DNA from: Squalus acanthias
Taxonomy: Eukaryota
Length of the DNA: 64,000 bases
Assembly (NCBI GenBank): GCA_030390025.1
Contig: CM059432.1
Location: forward strand, 71,798,001 to 71,862,000
Reading direction: 5' to 3'
The notes under the pieces are model-generated. The model saw nothing but the letters and a program-made list of their open reading frames with translations. It was not told where the DNA came from and searched no databases. The translations under genes were made by a program, and so were the position numbers. Shown here one piece after another: positions 22,702-35,249 of this stretch (the stretch's first letter is position 1; every line of letters starts with the position of its first letter).

Positions 22702-24110
22702 GGGGGCGATTTTCCCAATGGAGGCGGGTTTCGGTTTGGGTGGGTTCCAAACCCGCCTCCACTGAGAGGTGGGAAAAATTTGCGATTTTGCCCTAATTGG
22801 CCAGTTGATTTCAGAGGTGTGGGTTCCCCTGGGCCAATTAGTGTTTTGGGACTGAAACTCGCCTCTGCTGACGTCATTTATCCAGCTTCATTTAAGGGCT
22901 GCGTGCTGCCTTGGCTCATTCCACTGGTTTTTGGTTGATGGTGCACCACCTCCAAGCTGTTATCTCCTTGAAGAATGGCCAGCTCCAAGGCAAGAGCCTC
23001 GCCGAGGTTCTCGGATGAGGCGCTGGGTATGCTGGTTGAGGGGGCGAGAGCCAGCAGGGAGGTGCTCTTCCCCTCATCTGGGAGGAAGAGACCTCCCAAA
23101 GAAACCAAGGCTGTGTGGGTCCAGCTGGCAAGGGATATAACCTCCAGATCTGTGTGCAGATTGGATGATTGTTTCTGTTTATTGATGAAATGCCATCCCT
23201 GTGGGAATGTATTAAAATTAGGTGATGGCAAACTGTTGGCGTGATGGCATCTGTTATTTCGGCTTAGGCAGCTCCACATTGCGGGCTCCGTGACACTTAC
23301 GTGGTCACATTGGTGGTCAGAATGAAAGGAGGCCAGAGAGTCATGTCCATTGTCTATCATGTGTTAAGAAGGAGCCAAGCACATGTGCCACAATGGGCAA
23401 CCTATGCAAATCTGGCCAGGATGAGTGCATTCCTTGCACGATGTGCTTCCATGCGCTGGCGCCTTCTGCCCTGTGCAGCATCAGGTGGGTGAGCAGAAGG
23501 TTGGGGCTCCTGCTGCTGAGCTGCCTGGTTCTGCTGCTGCCGTGGCTGCTTCTCATCCAAATCTGAGGTCCATGGTGAAAGGAAATAAATGATTCCCATG
23601 CTGCTGGCAGATACCTCCGTTGGGGAAGCGCTCAGTCCAAGCGGGGAGAGGGTCTTCCAAGGAGGTCCCACAGTTGAGAGATAGAAGCTGCAGCACCTCC
23701 GACTTTGGTGCTGAAAGACCTGTGGAACAAAAGTTCTGCCACCTGCAACTGCTCCCTGATGAAAGCTGTTTTAATGCTGGAGCTGCAGCTGTGAGGAGGC
23801 CACCCACTTGTCAACCCACCAGGTTTAGCTGGCGTGGTTTAGGAGGGTCGTGCAACACACTGAAAATGTGGAAAAATAACAAGGGCCTGTCAAAATAGGA
23901 TTATAGAGGCCCTTAACTACTATTTAAGGGTCTTAACTACCTCTCCCGACTGATGGAGGCGGGACCGAATCGCACCCATCAAACCCACCTCCGGCGAAAT
24001 TGCGCGGAGGCGGATTGGAGGCTGGTTCCCAACCCGCCCTCAGTTTCTGCCATTTTGCCAACTGTCCGGCCTCCAAACCCGCCTCCTCGGGGCTGGGAAA
24101 ATTGCCCCTA
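22702..24110. mobile_element. Internally deleted Harbinger element (second family)
   Basis: TIRs GGGGCGATTTTCCCA / TGGGAAAATTGCCCC, TSD CAT. Myb/SANT start MASSKARASPRFSDEALGMLV...W at 22975 (+). Probable transposase N-terminus at ~23300-23600 (-). Confidence 0.78.
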
Positions 24111-25509
24111 CATCTTCACAAACTGGTCTCTGAGCAGCTGAAATTCGATTCCAACAAATTGAGTAACAGAACATTGAAGTCTGACCTGGTTGCATCATTG
24201 GAAGCAACATGTCACCATTTTTATTCTGGCCAAACTTGGATGTCCTAAACTCAGCAACCTAACTTATTGGCAACTCAGGAATTTGGATGCTGGGCTGCTG
24301 AAATTATCTTTTTGGGGATCTGAAAGGGCTCATTTATTTTTATTACAATATTCAACCTTTTCTCGTAGCCAACAATAATTTCTGCAGATGTTACATGGCA
24401 ACTAAGACAGATTTAAGCTACCAATAAAAAAGTGCCCAAAAGTACTATGCTTCACCATGGGGTTCCAATTCTAATCATTCTTCTATTGTTTTGTGTTGGA
24501 GAATGTTGTTGTAGTTAAATAAAACACAATGAAATAAGGAGGAAGCAAGAGAAAGGGGTTTACTGGAACTAAAATAGGTACTTGCAGAAACTCATCAAAA
24601 GGGTGGTGAGAGAAAGAGAGAGACCTAGAGAAAAGTATATCTGCAGGCACCAAGCATAACAATTATAAATTCTTTCAGTACCTCTACACTAAGAGGGCAG
24701 TCAGAGATAAGGGGTGAATCCGAAAAGATGCAAACAGGTTTCAAAGCAGAGGATAAAGTAAGAATTTCTCAAAATATTCACTACAGAATACATCGGCCCT
24801 CCCCAATCAAAGACAACCTAAACAGAATGAATGATTTCAATATAAATGGTTCAAAACAAATAAATCTCCAGGGATAGATGGTATTTATCTCAGTATACTA
24901 AGAAAGGCCAGGTCAGAGATTTGTGAGGAATTGGCAGTAATTATGAGGAAATCACTGGACACTGGGGAGCTACCAGTAGATTGGAAACAGGTAAAAGTGG
25001 TGCCCATTTATAAGAAAGGGTAACAAAACAGGCACCTGCAACTGCAGATCCTTAATCAGTACCATGTAAAATAATGCAATTCATTATCAAGTGTAAACTT
25101 GAGGGGCAGTTTTAACTTTGACCGGCAAGCGGAAATTGGGCAGGCCAGCAGTTAAAATCACCTGTGGGAATAACCCATCAAGTTCCCATTGATTTCCCGC
25201 GGGTTCCAATTTTAACCTGTTCTTTTGACCAGGTGAGACGGAAACACGGCAGAAGCCAACACGGTCCTTCTTTAAATATGCTGTTTGGGCTCCGGTGAAG
25301 TTATCAGTGTCCGACTGCTATTTTAACCAGAGTCCTGCACGGGGAAGCCATTGTGGCTCCCCCCCCAACCCCCCAGGCAAATCAGTGGAAGGAGGAGTCA
25401 GGGCTAGCAGAGACCCTAGAAGGAAAATGTCTTTTTTTTTACTCCTCTGGGCCCCACAAGGAAAGTTTAGGCCTACCCTGCTCCAAGCTTCCATCCTTCC
25501 TCCCGTCTG

Positions 25510-25780
25510 CAAGTTGTTCAATGTGAGAACAAGTTCAGCCAGGCGGAGGAGGGTGGTGGTGGATGGGGACTGGTTGGGCCTCTGTTCAAGGAAGAAGCGG
25601 AGCGCCCTCAGGCCATCCTGGTGGGGAATGGAGGTGTAGAGGGATTGTACGTCCATAGTGAAGAGGAGACGGTTGGGGCCGGGAAACTGGAAACTGTTAA
25701 AATGGCGGAGGGCATCGGAAGAGTCGCGGATGTAGGTGGGAAGAGACTGGACAAGGGGAGAAAAAATAGAGTCGAGATAG
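25510..25780 (-). mobile_element. Penelope-like RT fragment (third family)
   Basis: TYIRDSS...FTMDVQSLYTSIPHQDGL...LAELVLTLNN. Confidence 0.82.
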
Positions 25781-25844
25781 CTCTATGATATGTTGTACTT
25801 AGAATTCCAAAAGGCATTTGAGAACATTCCACATTTTTTTAAAA

Positions 25845-26077
25845 TTCATTTATGGATGTGGGCGTCGCTTACATTTATTGCCCATTCCTAATTGCCCTTG
25901 AGAAGGTGGTGGTGAGCCGCCTTCTTGAACCGCTGCAGTCCGTGTGGTGAAGGTACTCCCACAGTGCTGTTAGGGAGGGAGTTCCAGGGTTTTGACCCAG
26001 CGACGATGAAGGAACGACGATATAATTCTAAGTCAGGATGGTGTGTGACTTGGAGGGGAACTTGGAGGTGGTGGTGG
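25845..26077 (-). mobile_element. 3' tail of the LINE family at 13707-16877 (another copy at ~30555-30735)
   Basis: 25930-26070 is near-identical to 13707-13850 and extends to the natural 3' end. Confidence 0.85.
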
Positions 26078-28644
26078 AAAGGCTATTAGGCAGTATCAAA
26101 GCTGTGAGGATTCAGAGCAAATCTGCAGAATGGATAAGAAATTGGTTAAAGGGTAAATAACAATGGGTACTTATCAGATGAGATATTTTGGAGTGGAGGC
26201 ACCACTGAGTGGGGTGCCCTCGGGATTGGTATTGGGACCACTGCTGTTTCTAATTTACATCAATGACTTGGATACAGAAACAATGCAAAGTGGTCAAACT
26301 TGCAGATGATACTTGAAGAAGAATCAGAAAAGACAACTCTGAAATAAAAAATGTGCTAGACAACATATGCAAGTGGAAAGAACATTGGGAGATAAAATTT
26401 AATACAGATAAGTGTGCACATAAGAAGGGAAAATGGGCGGCACAGGTAGTCCATGAGTGGTTCTGAAATAGTTAAGGATAAAATTGAAATATATCTGAGT
26501 CCCAGCAGAATCCAACCAATGCAGAGCAGTAATCAATAATTCCAATAGAATGCTGCACTATGTAGCCAAAACAGTAGAATACAAGTGAGAGAAAGTCATG
26601 CTGAAACTGTACGGTTCCCTGCTTAGACCACATTTCGACTATTGTGTCGAATTCTAATTATCGACAGTAGGACAGTCAAGTGCTGAAGCCAGTACAGAGA
26701 AGAGTTATGAGACTAATCAGACGAGTGTCAAATGTCTGAGCCATGAGGAAAGACTTTAGCTTTTCACACTTGAAAGGAGGCATTTGAGAGTGATCTTAGT
26801 GAAGGGTACAGGACAATAAATGGCACGGAAGAGGCATATCTGGAAAATTACTTCAAACTAAATTGTGAGAGTAAAACTGGGAGGGGGGGGGAGGAAGGGG
26901 GACAGGTTTAAATGGAAATTCTTCACACAAAACGCGTTCAATACTTGGCACAGATGTTCAGATAGAGTAGAGGTGGTGCAAACTTTGGAATCATTTAAAA
27001 ACAATTGAATGCCTTAGTGAGGAGACTCCAGTGTCCTTCCAGATGGATGAGTTAAGATAGGTCGAGTGGCCCTCCTCATCCGTAAATATCTTGTGACCTA
27101 GTGATACACTAACTGATTGTTTCTGTGCATGTAGTTGTGATCATAACAAGCTGGAAATTTCGTTGACATTTTCATCTTTCCTGCCTCCAGAGGGCAGAAG
27201 ATATCTGTAACAGTCATACTTTACAAACAGCTTAAACCTTGTCTGGTGTGGCATCAATGTATCCAGATTTTGGATGTAAATGTCAATTTTTATTTATGTA
27301 ACAGAAACAAGATTCAGCTGTAGGAGTTGGAGGGCAGCTGATCAAACATCAAAGTAAATCATATCATTCAGAAATCCCACATTATACTTCTAAAATGTAT
27401 AATGAGTTGACTGTTGGAGAGTGTGGTTATGCTAATTATACTCAATTTATACCTATTTAGATTAAATATAAATAACATATTTATATCCCTCTACAAATCG
27501 AAAATTTCCTGATTTTTACCAAGCAAGATAGAGGTAAAGTCACTGATGGGCTCGCAGTAAATAATCTGTTTATAAAAAAAACAGGTTTCAATCCTGCATA
27601 AACCTTACATTAGTAAATTAAACCCCTAGGTTAATAAATAAAATTTTCCGTAATTGTATTTCAAAGAGAAATATCCTTTTTTAATTCCAGGTGAGTTATG
27701 TCATCCAGGTGTGATTGGACTGCCAGCGTTTCAGGTGAAATGAATCAATGAATGATACTGAATAATTTGACATAAAAGTATGTTAAAATTAGCCATCAAT
27801 GTTCCAACTTTTAAAGTTCCATTTAAAAATATAAGATCACTTGCTTTATGTTCTTGTCTTTTTTTACTTAAACTTTTGTGAATCATTTAAGTTTACAGCT
27901 ATTTGCAGTTACATACATTGAGGGTCTTACACAGTTCTGTACCTTTGATTACTACAATGCATTAACAGGGCTGGAGGTATAGGTTGGTTGGAGGGGTGGT
28001 CGGCATTGAGTGAAAATGTTTAGTACTGGGTCACTAGGTGTATGTGAGGCTTGTTTGGGCAGCATGTGACCTCTGGAACTGTTCAGTTGAGTAGTGCGGT
28101 GCTGTTGCTCCCCTTCCATCAGTTAATACCAGCTCCATTCGGCTGCAGGGAGCCAAAAGGATGTTGCTGTGATTTAAGTTTATGTTTCAGTAAGTTCCAC
28201 ATGGGGATATGAGAATGGTGGTTCGGGGTCTAGGTTGTTAGAGCCAATAATTTGGCTGCTGAAAAAAATAATTCAATGCATGTCAAATATTGAGCAAGAT
28301 TTACACTGGGACACACTTAGAAATAGCAGAGCCAAAGCTATCTAAAAACAGTCTTGGATGCTTTAACTGGCCTTGAAAAACAAGTTTTGCTGGAATCTTA
28401 CCCATCATAAAAGAAACACTGCAGACGCATTTCCTTATATCATGCAATCCGGAAGAAAAAAAAAGGCTGTTTTGATCTGCGTACAATCACAGATATTACC
28501 CACAGTGTGTTTACAACAGTACCACTTATAGCAGTGAGTTTAGAACACTACCCTTTTGCACACTAGTATTTAGAACAGTATCATTTACCATGCACCATGT
28601 TCAGAACATAGACCTTTAGGATGTATATATTGAACATATGTTAG

Positions 28645-29215
28645 CTTGCCTCAGTTGGTAGCACTCTTGCCTCCAAGTCAGAAGGCTATGAGTTCAAGCC
28701 CCATTCCAGAACCAGAGCACATTATCTAGGTTGACACTTCAGTGTGGTATTGAGCTCCATTTTTGAGAAACTTCAGATGGGGTCATAGAGTCATAACGGC
28801 ACAGAAGGAAGCCATTCGGCCCATCGAGTCCTTGCCGGCTCTCTATAGAGTGTTAAACTAACCTCTCATTTGTGTTAAAACACAGCACTACTTGAAGAGA
28901 AACAAGGAATTCTGCCAATTTCCTGGCCAACATTCCATGCCACCAAAACAACAGCAGCATGCATTTCTTTAACGCGTTTAATGTAGAAAAGGATCCAAAA
29001 ACAGATGGGCCGAATGGCCTCCTCCTGTGCCATAAATTTCTATGATTCTATGAACAGATTGAATGGCCATTTATCTCATTGCTGTTTTGTGGGATTTTGC
29101 TGTACATAAACATGTTGCCTTTGCCACTACACTTAAAAAAAAATATTTGTACATAATACACATTGAGATGTTTCTGAGAGCTGTGATAACAGATTACATG
29201 AATGCAAGTCCTTTC
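28645..29215 (+). mobile_element. Decayed DeuSINE with CR1 tail scraps inserted
   Basis: tRNA head at 28645-28710, body and tail similar to 16925-17360, CR1 tails at ~28785-28850 and ~29000-29052. Confidence 0.6.
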
Positions 29216-30870
29216 TTTAAATATCATGTCAGAATAAACTGTTCTACATTAGCCTCCTTTTACAAATAACACAGTGCAAATAAAGGAGCACAGCATCAAA
29301 CAACACTCGTTTGAACATAGTGTATGTGAAAGGTAGTGTTCCAAACACGCCAAATGATTATGCACCAAGACTGTTTGGAGTAGTCCTATAAGACTATAAA
29401 CACACCGCACCAGGCTAAGGTTTTGACTCAGGTGTATAGGCCCTGTCGGCACATTTCCTGTGGTATTTACTCATGATTACTACTCTTATAAGAAGGTTAC
29501 AGTTTTCAATAAAGAACAGTTGAAATTACCGCCTACGGTAAGTTAAAACTACTAAATCAGGGCACGCCCTCAATAATCATAGTTCCACTTTATAAAAGGC
29601 ATTGCGGTTTTAATCCCAGAAACAGTTTTAGTTTAAGTCTGGTCTCATTAAATCCACTTTTAGTTTTATTTTAGTTATAAGCCAAATTTTTCAAGTATGT
29701 ATAGGCAGTGAGCAACATCACCCACCACCTGCCATACAGGGAAATCACAGAGAATGCGCTGTTATTTTCTGATGTGATTTGATGGAAGACCAGGTTGCTC
29801 ACTGCTGGTGCATACTCAGAAAATTTCCCCCATGGTCTCTATTAAGAAATTTAGCTCTAATTTTAGTCTTTTTGTTTGCTTCCAAATTTTAGTCAGATTT
29901 AATCAAAAATTTTATATTTGCTTTTCATGTTTTTGTTCTAGTCATTTCAGATTTTTTTTCAAAATTTATATCTCAAAAATGCCAAAACTGTTGCTTTACT
30001 TCTCATACAACTTACAAGGTAGGAAGAAACATTGAGAGTTAATAAACTGGAGCTTGCAATGCAATTAAAACTTTATTCATCTGTTTTGAGTTCTAACACT
30101 TGTTTCAAATGTTGTTTGGAGCAGGGCTGAGGCTGGGTACTCTGCCACACTAATCACCCCCATTAAAGAAACTTCACGGCATACTCAGCAAATGGCAGGC
30201 AAGGTGCATTCACACTCTATACCTTTCTCTTGAAGGAGATTGCATATAATTCGAGATAAAGCAGTGCCACCAAGTGAGGATCTCCAAACTTGCGGACATT
30301 TACTCACTTCAAGGATGAAGCTCTGGAGTTTTTGGGCAGGTAGACAGTGGAATCTGTGGGAGATGGGGAAATGGGATCAAACATGGCAGCTGCAAGTTGA
30401 TCAGAACGTCTTCATACGAGGTCTCAGCAACTCCTTTCTCACAACTGCAATCTCCCAACATAAATAACTCTTATGTTTAAAATCTCCAACTTCTTTGGAA
30501 ACCGTTTTTTGCCTTTGCCATTTACATCAACCTCAACTAACAACTTTTCTTTTCATTCTTCGGATGTGAGCGTTACTGGGAAGCCTGGCATCTATTGCCC
30601 ATCTCTAGTTTCCTGAGAAGGTGGTGGTGGGACTTCTTCTTGAACCACTGCAGTCTATATGGTGGAGGTACTCCAACACCGCTGTTAGGTGGGGCGTTCC
30701 AGGGTGTTGAACCAGTGACAATAAAGGAACAGCAGAGTTTCAGTGCTAAGACTCTCCACTATATTTTTCTACTTTTGGCACTGCAACTGCACCAAAAAAT
30801 GGCCCTAAAACAGAGGAAAATCCAGCCCAAGGTCAATTTTGGTCCATGTTGACACTGATCCAAACACACT

Positions 30871-33427
30871 TGCCAGGAAATTGGATCCGTTAAGGCTGGT
30901 TTGGAAGAAAAAATGGCGGCCGCCTCACATCCGTCCACTTCCGGCGGGTCCAGTGACGGTCGCCATTTTGGGCAGGTCAGCAGCGCTGCCGTTGCCTGTG
31001 TCACTGCAGAAATGGAAATAAGGCAGATCATGATGTCACTGAGTGTCAATGACTTGACGCCATTTTGGACATCGCCGCTCCATTTCATGCTCTCACTTAA
31101 TCACGACCAGCTGACCAAGCATTCAGCAGCAGGAAGGACCCCCCCACCAGCGCTATTTAAAGGGATCAGCAACAACTTGCAGCTGACTTACTTTTTAATT
31201 TCTACTGGCTCTGTGTAAGTTAGTGCAACTGTTTGGAGCTTTCTAGAGTAGTTTAAAGTTGGTGAGGTGACAGGAAGTGTTGCTGCAAGTGGAAAACGTC
31301 TTGCTTCTCATTTAAAGGGTTCTGCTCTCAACACTTGCTCCCAGTCATGGGGGCTGTACTTGCAGTCCCTTCGCACTCGAGTATGACATGGATTATAGCG
31401 TGGAAGCAGCGAAGAAGACACAATGCTCGCAGAGGGAGGAGGAAGAGGGGCAGGAGGGCTCTCAGCAGTAGGTCCAACTGTGGACTGCACCACCTCAGCA
31501 TGGGTTGCAGCAGTCTGAGCTGGCTGGATGACAGGCAGCAGCAAGGGCACTGGCGGAGTGGCAGTGGTGGGAGTAGGAATGCTGTCATCCTGAGAGAGGA
31601 CAGCAGGTTCTTGCTCCAGGGAGCCACTGCCACTCCGCAGCGCCTCAGCATTCCTATCCATCTGCTGGGGGACAGATTGCTGTAGTGCTTTGAGACCCTG
31701 CAAGCCCCTTTCCACACTCATAAACCCAGTTACAATGGCAGTAGTCTGAGCTTCCACTGCAGCATTGAGACGTTGGGTCGCCTCCCCCTGTACTGCAATG
31801 GAAGCTGTGACAGCGCCCATCACACGAGCATCATGGCTGGGTCCACAAGTTCTCTAATGGAGTTGCCCATCATTTCCATCCTGGAAATCCTGGGCTCCAA
31901 GCTCCGCACAAAGCCCCATACAATGTTGAAGTCAGACTCCTCAATGCTCCTTGACACTGACAAGAGGCTCTCTGGCAGACTTGCCATTGCACCTAGCATT
32001 TCTGTGTGCCTGCCTATTACCCTTCTTCTAAAGGCTGCTCCATCAACTTCATCATCTGAGTCCTGTGCAGCAGAACTCGTGCGCAAACTCGCCCTCCAAA
32101 AAGCTGGTACCCAAGCTACATTTTCTCTCTGGCCTGGGTGCAGCCCACTCATGCCCGGTGACTCACCAGGTGCCAATCCCGCCTCTACAGTATCCTCTAA
32201 AGTCCACGCAGTGCCATTTTCTAAGCTGTTGCCTGCGAGTGTGCAATGCAGTGATGGTGTGTCATATTCTCCTCCTTCACAGTGCTCCTCCATCACTTTG
32301 GGGGTTGGCTGGCCAGGTTGGAGTTCTTGGGTATCTGAAAGGAGAAATGCACAAGGGTCAGGTTGAGGTGAAGGGAGGGAGGAAAGCAAAATATCTATGC
32401 ATATACCATCAGCAACTTGTAAGTGAGAAGAGATTGTGGGATGAGGGGGAAATGGGATGTGAGAAGAAGGATTAGGTATGAGCATACCGTCATCATCAGC
32501 AACGCTTTCACCTTCTCCACTTGCCAAGGACTCTGTTACTACCCCTCCAATGATCTTCAGCATTGCTTCCTCCAGCTCAGTCAGGTTCTGTAGATGAGTT
32601 TCCCCTCCACCCGTCTGCTGCTGCTTCCGGCGGTTATGAGCGACCTTTGCCTGCAAGAGAAAGGGAAGTGTGTCAGTGAGTGTGGTACAATGTGTTTGGG
32701 TGATGTGCCTGCCATTGTTGAATAGCTAGCAGTGTGTGCAAGGTGTGAGATGTGGGTGTGAGTCTTGCAGTTGTAGTAAGTGTGTGAAGGTGAAGTGAAG
32801 TTATGATTGTGAGGTACGAGTGGTGATTGGTAGAGATTGTTGGTGGGTGAGTGATGGGGGTGTGGTGCATTGAGCAGTGTGTGAGGCTAGTGGTGCAGAT
32901 GGTGAGATATGGCATTTGATGATGCATTCACTCACCTTGACCACTCGTGTGAGGTCATTAAACTTTTTGCGGCATTGAATCCAGGTCCTGGGGACAACAC
33001 TCGTCTCACTGACAGCTTCAGCAATCTCCTCCTACATCCTTCTGCTGCTCTGCCTTGAAGGCCTCCCATAGAGGACCTGACGGCATCTTTGAACCCCCAG
33101 GACCAAGGCCTCCAGTGCCACATCTGAAAGTCCCCTTGCCCTTTCCCTTGGCTGTTGGGCATGGCTTTCTACACAATGACAATGAGGTGCTTCTGCCACA
33201 AAGCACCTCCCCTTTAAGTAGTGCATAGAGCCTAGGCCAAACGTTACTGGCCAGTAGACTGCACCCGATATTGGCCCTCTTGTTTAGCACTGAGATCAGT
33301 GCTGTAATCATTATAATGAGCAGGCGGCACAAATTCTGCGTGCTGCCTGCACCACTTTGAACGGGCACGGGCACATGACGCTTCGCATTGCCCGCGCCTG
33401 TTTTCGGCTTTATCCAATTTCTAGGCC
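30871..33427. mobile_element. Non-autonomous Harbinger keeping the Myb/SANT gene, transposase deleted
   Basis: TIRs GCCAGGAAATTGGAT / ATCCAATTTCTAGGCC. 31100-31180 and 31430-31467 match the reverse complement of the transposase 5' region (7170-7420), then the sequence jumps to the Myb gene. Confidence 0.85.
31468..33162 (-). pseudogene. Harbinger Myb/SANT-like DNA-binding protein gene, 3 exons (33162-32936, 32650-32488, 32334-~31468)
   Basis: RARGLSDVALEALV...PRTWIQCRKKFNDLTRVVK|AKVAHNRRKQQQTGGG, GT-AG introns, frameshift and stops. Confidence 0.82.
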
Positions 33428-35249
33428 ATTGCCTGTAAAAGTGAACTATTCTAAACCACCACATGTAAAAGTATAAGCCTTGCTCGTAAGAGCAGGAGGA
33501 GCAACTACTCCCCCAATATTAATATAATGGTGCAATTCTCCCCAGTAATCTGAAATGAAAGACTTCTAGCTTTGAGGAAGCTAATTGCAGTTGTCTGTGG
33601 CTATTCTTCGACTTTATGTCACTTCCACGCAGGCCAATCTATGAGTGGTGTTGGGTTTGGCTGCATAAGTTAAAAGATACTAATCTAAACACATCACATG
33701 TAAAATAAAATGCAACAATTTACCACATGTTAAAGATCAAAATACAACTATGCGTAAAAGGGAATTATTTTAATTCTTTTCTTGCAAAAGAGTATTGGAG
33801 GGATGAGCTTGATAAGTGACTATCCTTTACTCATCTTATGTTCTTGTGTTGATACATATGTGTAAGAGGGAGCTGCTCTAAATAAACTGCATCAAAAGAG
33901 CATTGATCTAAATACACAACATATTAAAGGCACTAACCCAACTACACTGTAACAAATCTCCTTTCCTTTTGCTATTGCATATTATTTACTATTCACTGTA
34001 TTAATGTATTTGCTGGTGGCTAACGAGTCAAAGGGATCACTGGTTGGTTGATTGTGAATGGTAGTTCAAGGTCAATTACAGGAGTAAACTCATTGGTTTC
34101 TTCTTCAGTCTGCTCCTCATTGGATAGTAGAAGTAAAGTGCATATTCCTATACATAATTTACAATGCATGGTTACTTTTTAAACCTGAGTGACAGAATTA
34201 AATAATTTAAATCATTATCAGCTATGGACAATACTATCTTATTGTTAATTCTCAGAATTTGCAGTAAGCAGTCTCTGGCAGACCACATTTACTATAAAAT
34301 GTTGGAATCATTGGAACAAATTATGCTTTCCAGAATAATAAATGTATTGCAAAATTCTGACTGCCAAGAACATATTGTCTGAAATTTATCCACAGATGGG
34401 ACAATACTTAGCAGAAGATGTTGAATAATTACAGTTAATGGGCTTTCATGTGCTTTGTGGCAAGTATCCATTTTGGCTGGCGAGTAGGAATGAATACATT
34501 AAAAACAGAAGCTATATGTAATGAATTATACATTTAGCTCTTTCATCAGGCATAATGTTTCTGGGTCCGAAAGTATGTGAGCCTGGTGTGTCGGCATAAG
34601 TGGCAACTCGGGACCTCTAGAGCTGACCCTGCCAAAGTTCATGAGCAATGCATATTTGACAAGAAAATTTAATTTAAATGCCTCAGATGGGCAAGCGCAC
34701 AACCAGGGGAGCATCTCTGGGCTTGCCTGCCCCAAGAGGTTTCACACTGTAGCAGAAGCAGCCACCTGCTGCCAATGTCAAAAACAGTTTACCTGCTGTC
34801 TTTGGGGTCCAGGCCATAACCCAGGCCTGGACTCACAAGTGAGTGCCACCTCGCCAATTAAGCACGATGGAAGTGATTGCTCTCATGAATTGGAATCAGT
34901 AGGGCCTATGGAGTGAAACGTCAGGGCGATGTTCACCCGGGAACCATGAGAGGGATAGTTAGTGTGGAACCCTTGAAAAGGTTTTTCCCAGAGTTCCAGG
35001 GAGGGGAATGTAGGATAGTGCAGCTTGGTATAGATAAAGAGCATCATGGGTTAATTAGTATAGGGAGCTACAGTGAGAGTATAAAGAGAGACACAGAGAG
35101 AATGTGCAGAACAGCACATGTACTGACAGGAAAATTGAGGACGACCTTTAAGCTGAGCAAGATAAGGTATGGAAGCAGGACCAAATGCAACTGATGTATA
35201 TGTAATTAACTGTATTGCTGTAGAACTCAGTTTAGACAATAGAATCTTA

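Larger units (their letters stand above)
24480..27100 (+). mobile_element. Old decayed CR1 ORF2 with later insertions at ~25103-25780 and 25845-26077
   Basis: Remnants of KSPG.DGIY, P.DWK...VPIYKKG, LEFQKAF, SGVP.GLVLGPLLFLIYINDL, KLADD and RPH.DYCV. Confidence 0.7.

Noticed and set aside
27100..30500. Host coding exons in this repeat-poor stretch
   Set aside because: Only isolated splice-like motifs; no acceptor-ORF-donor unit with a recognisable protein.
32335..32487. In-frame, stop-free intron 2 as a conserved retained intron
   Set aside because: It is 153 nt here but 154 nt in the sister copy (62084-62237), so frame preservation is not conserved.
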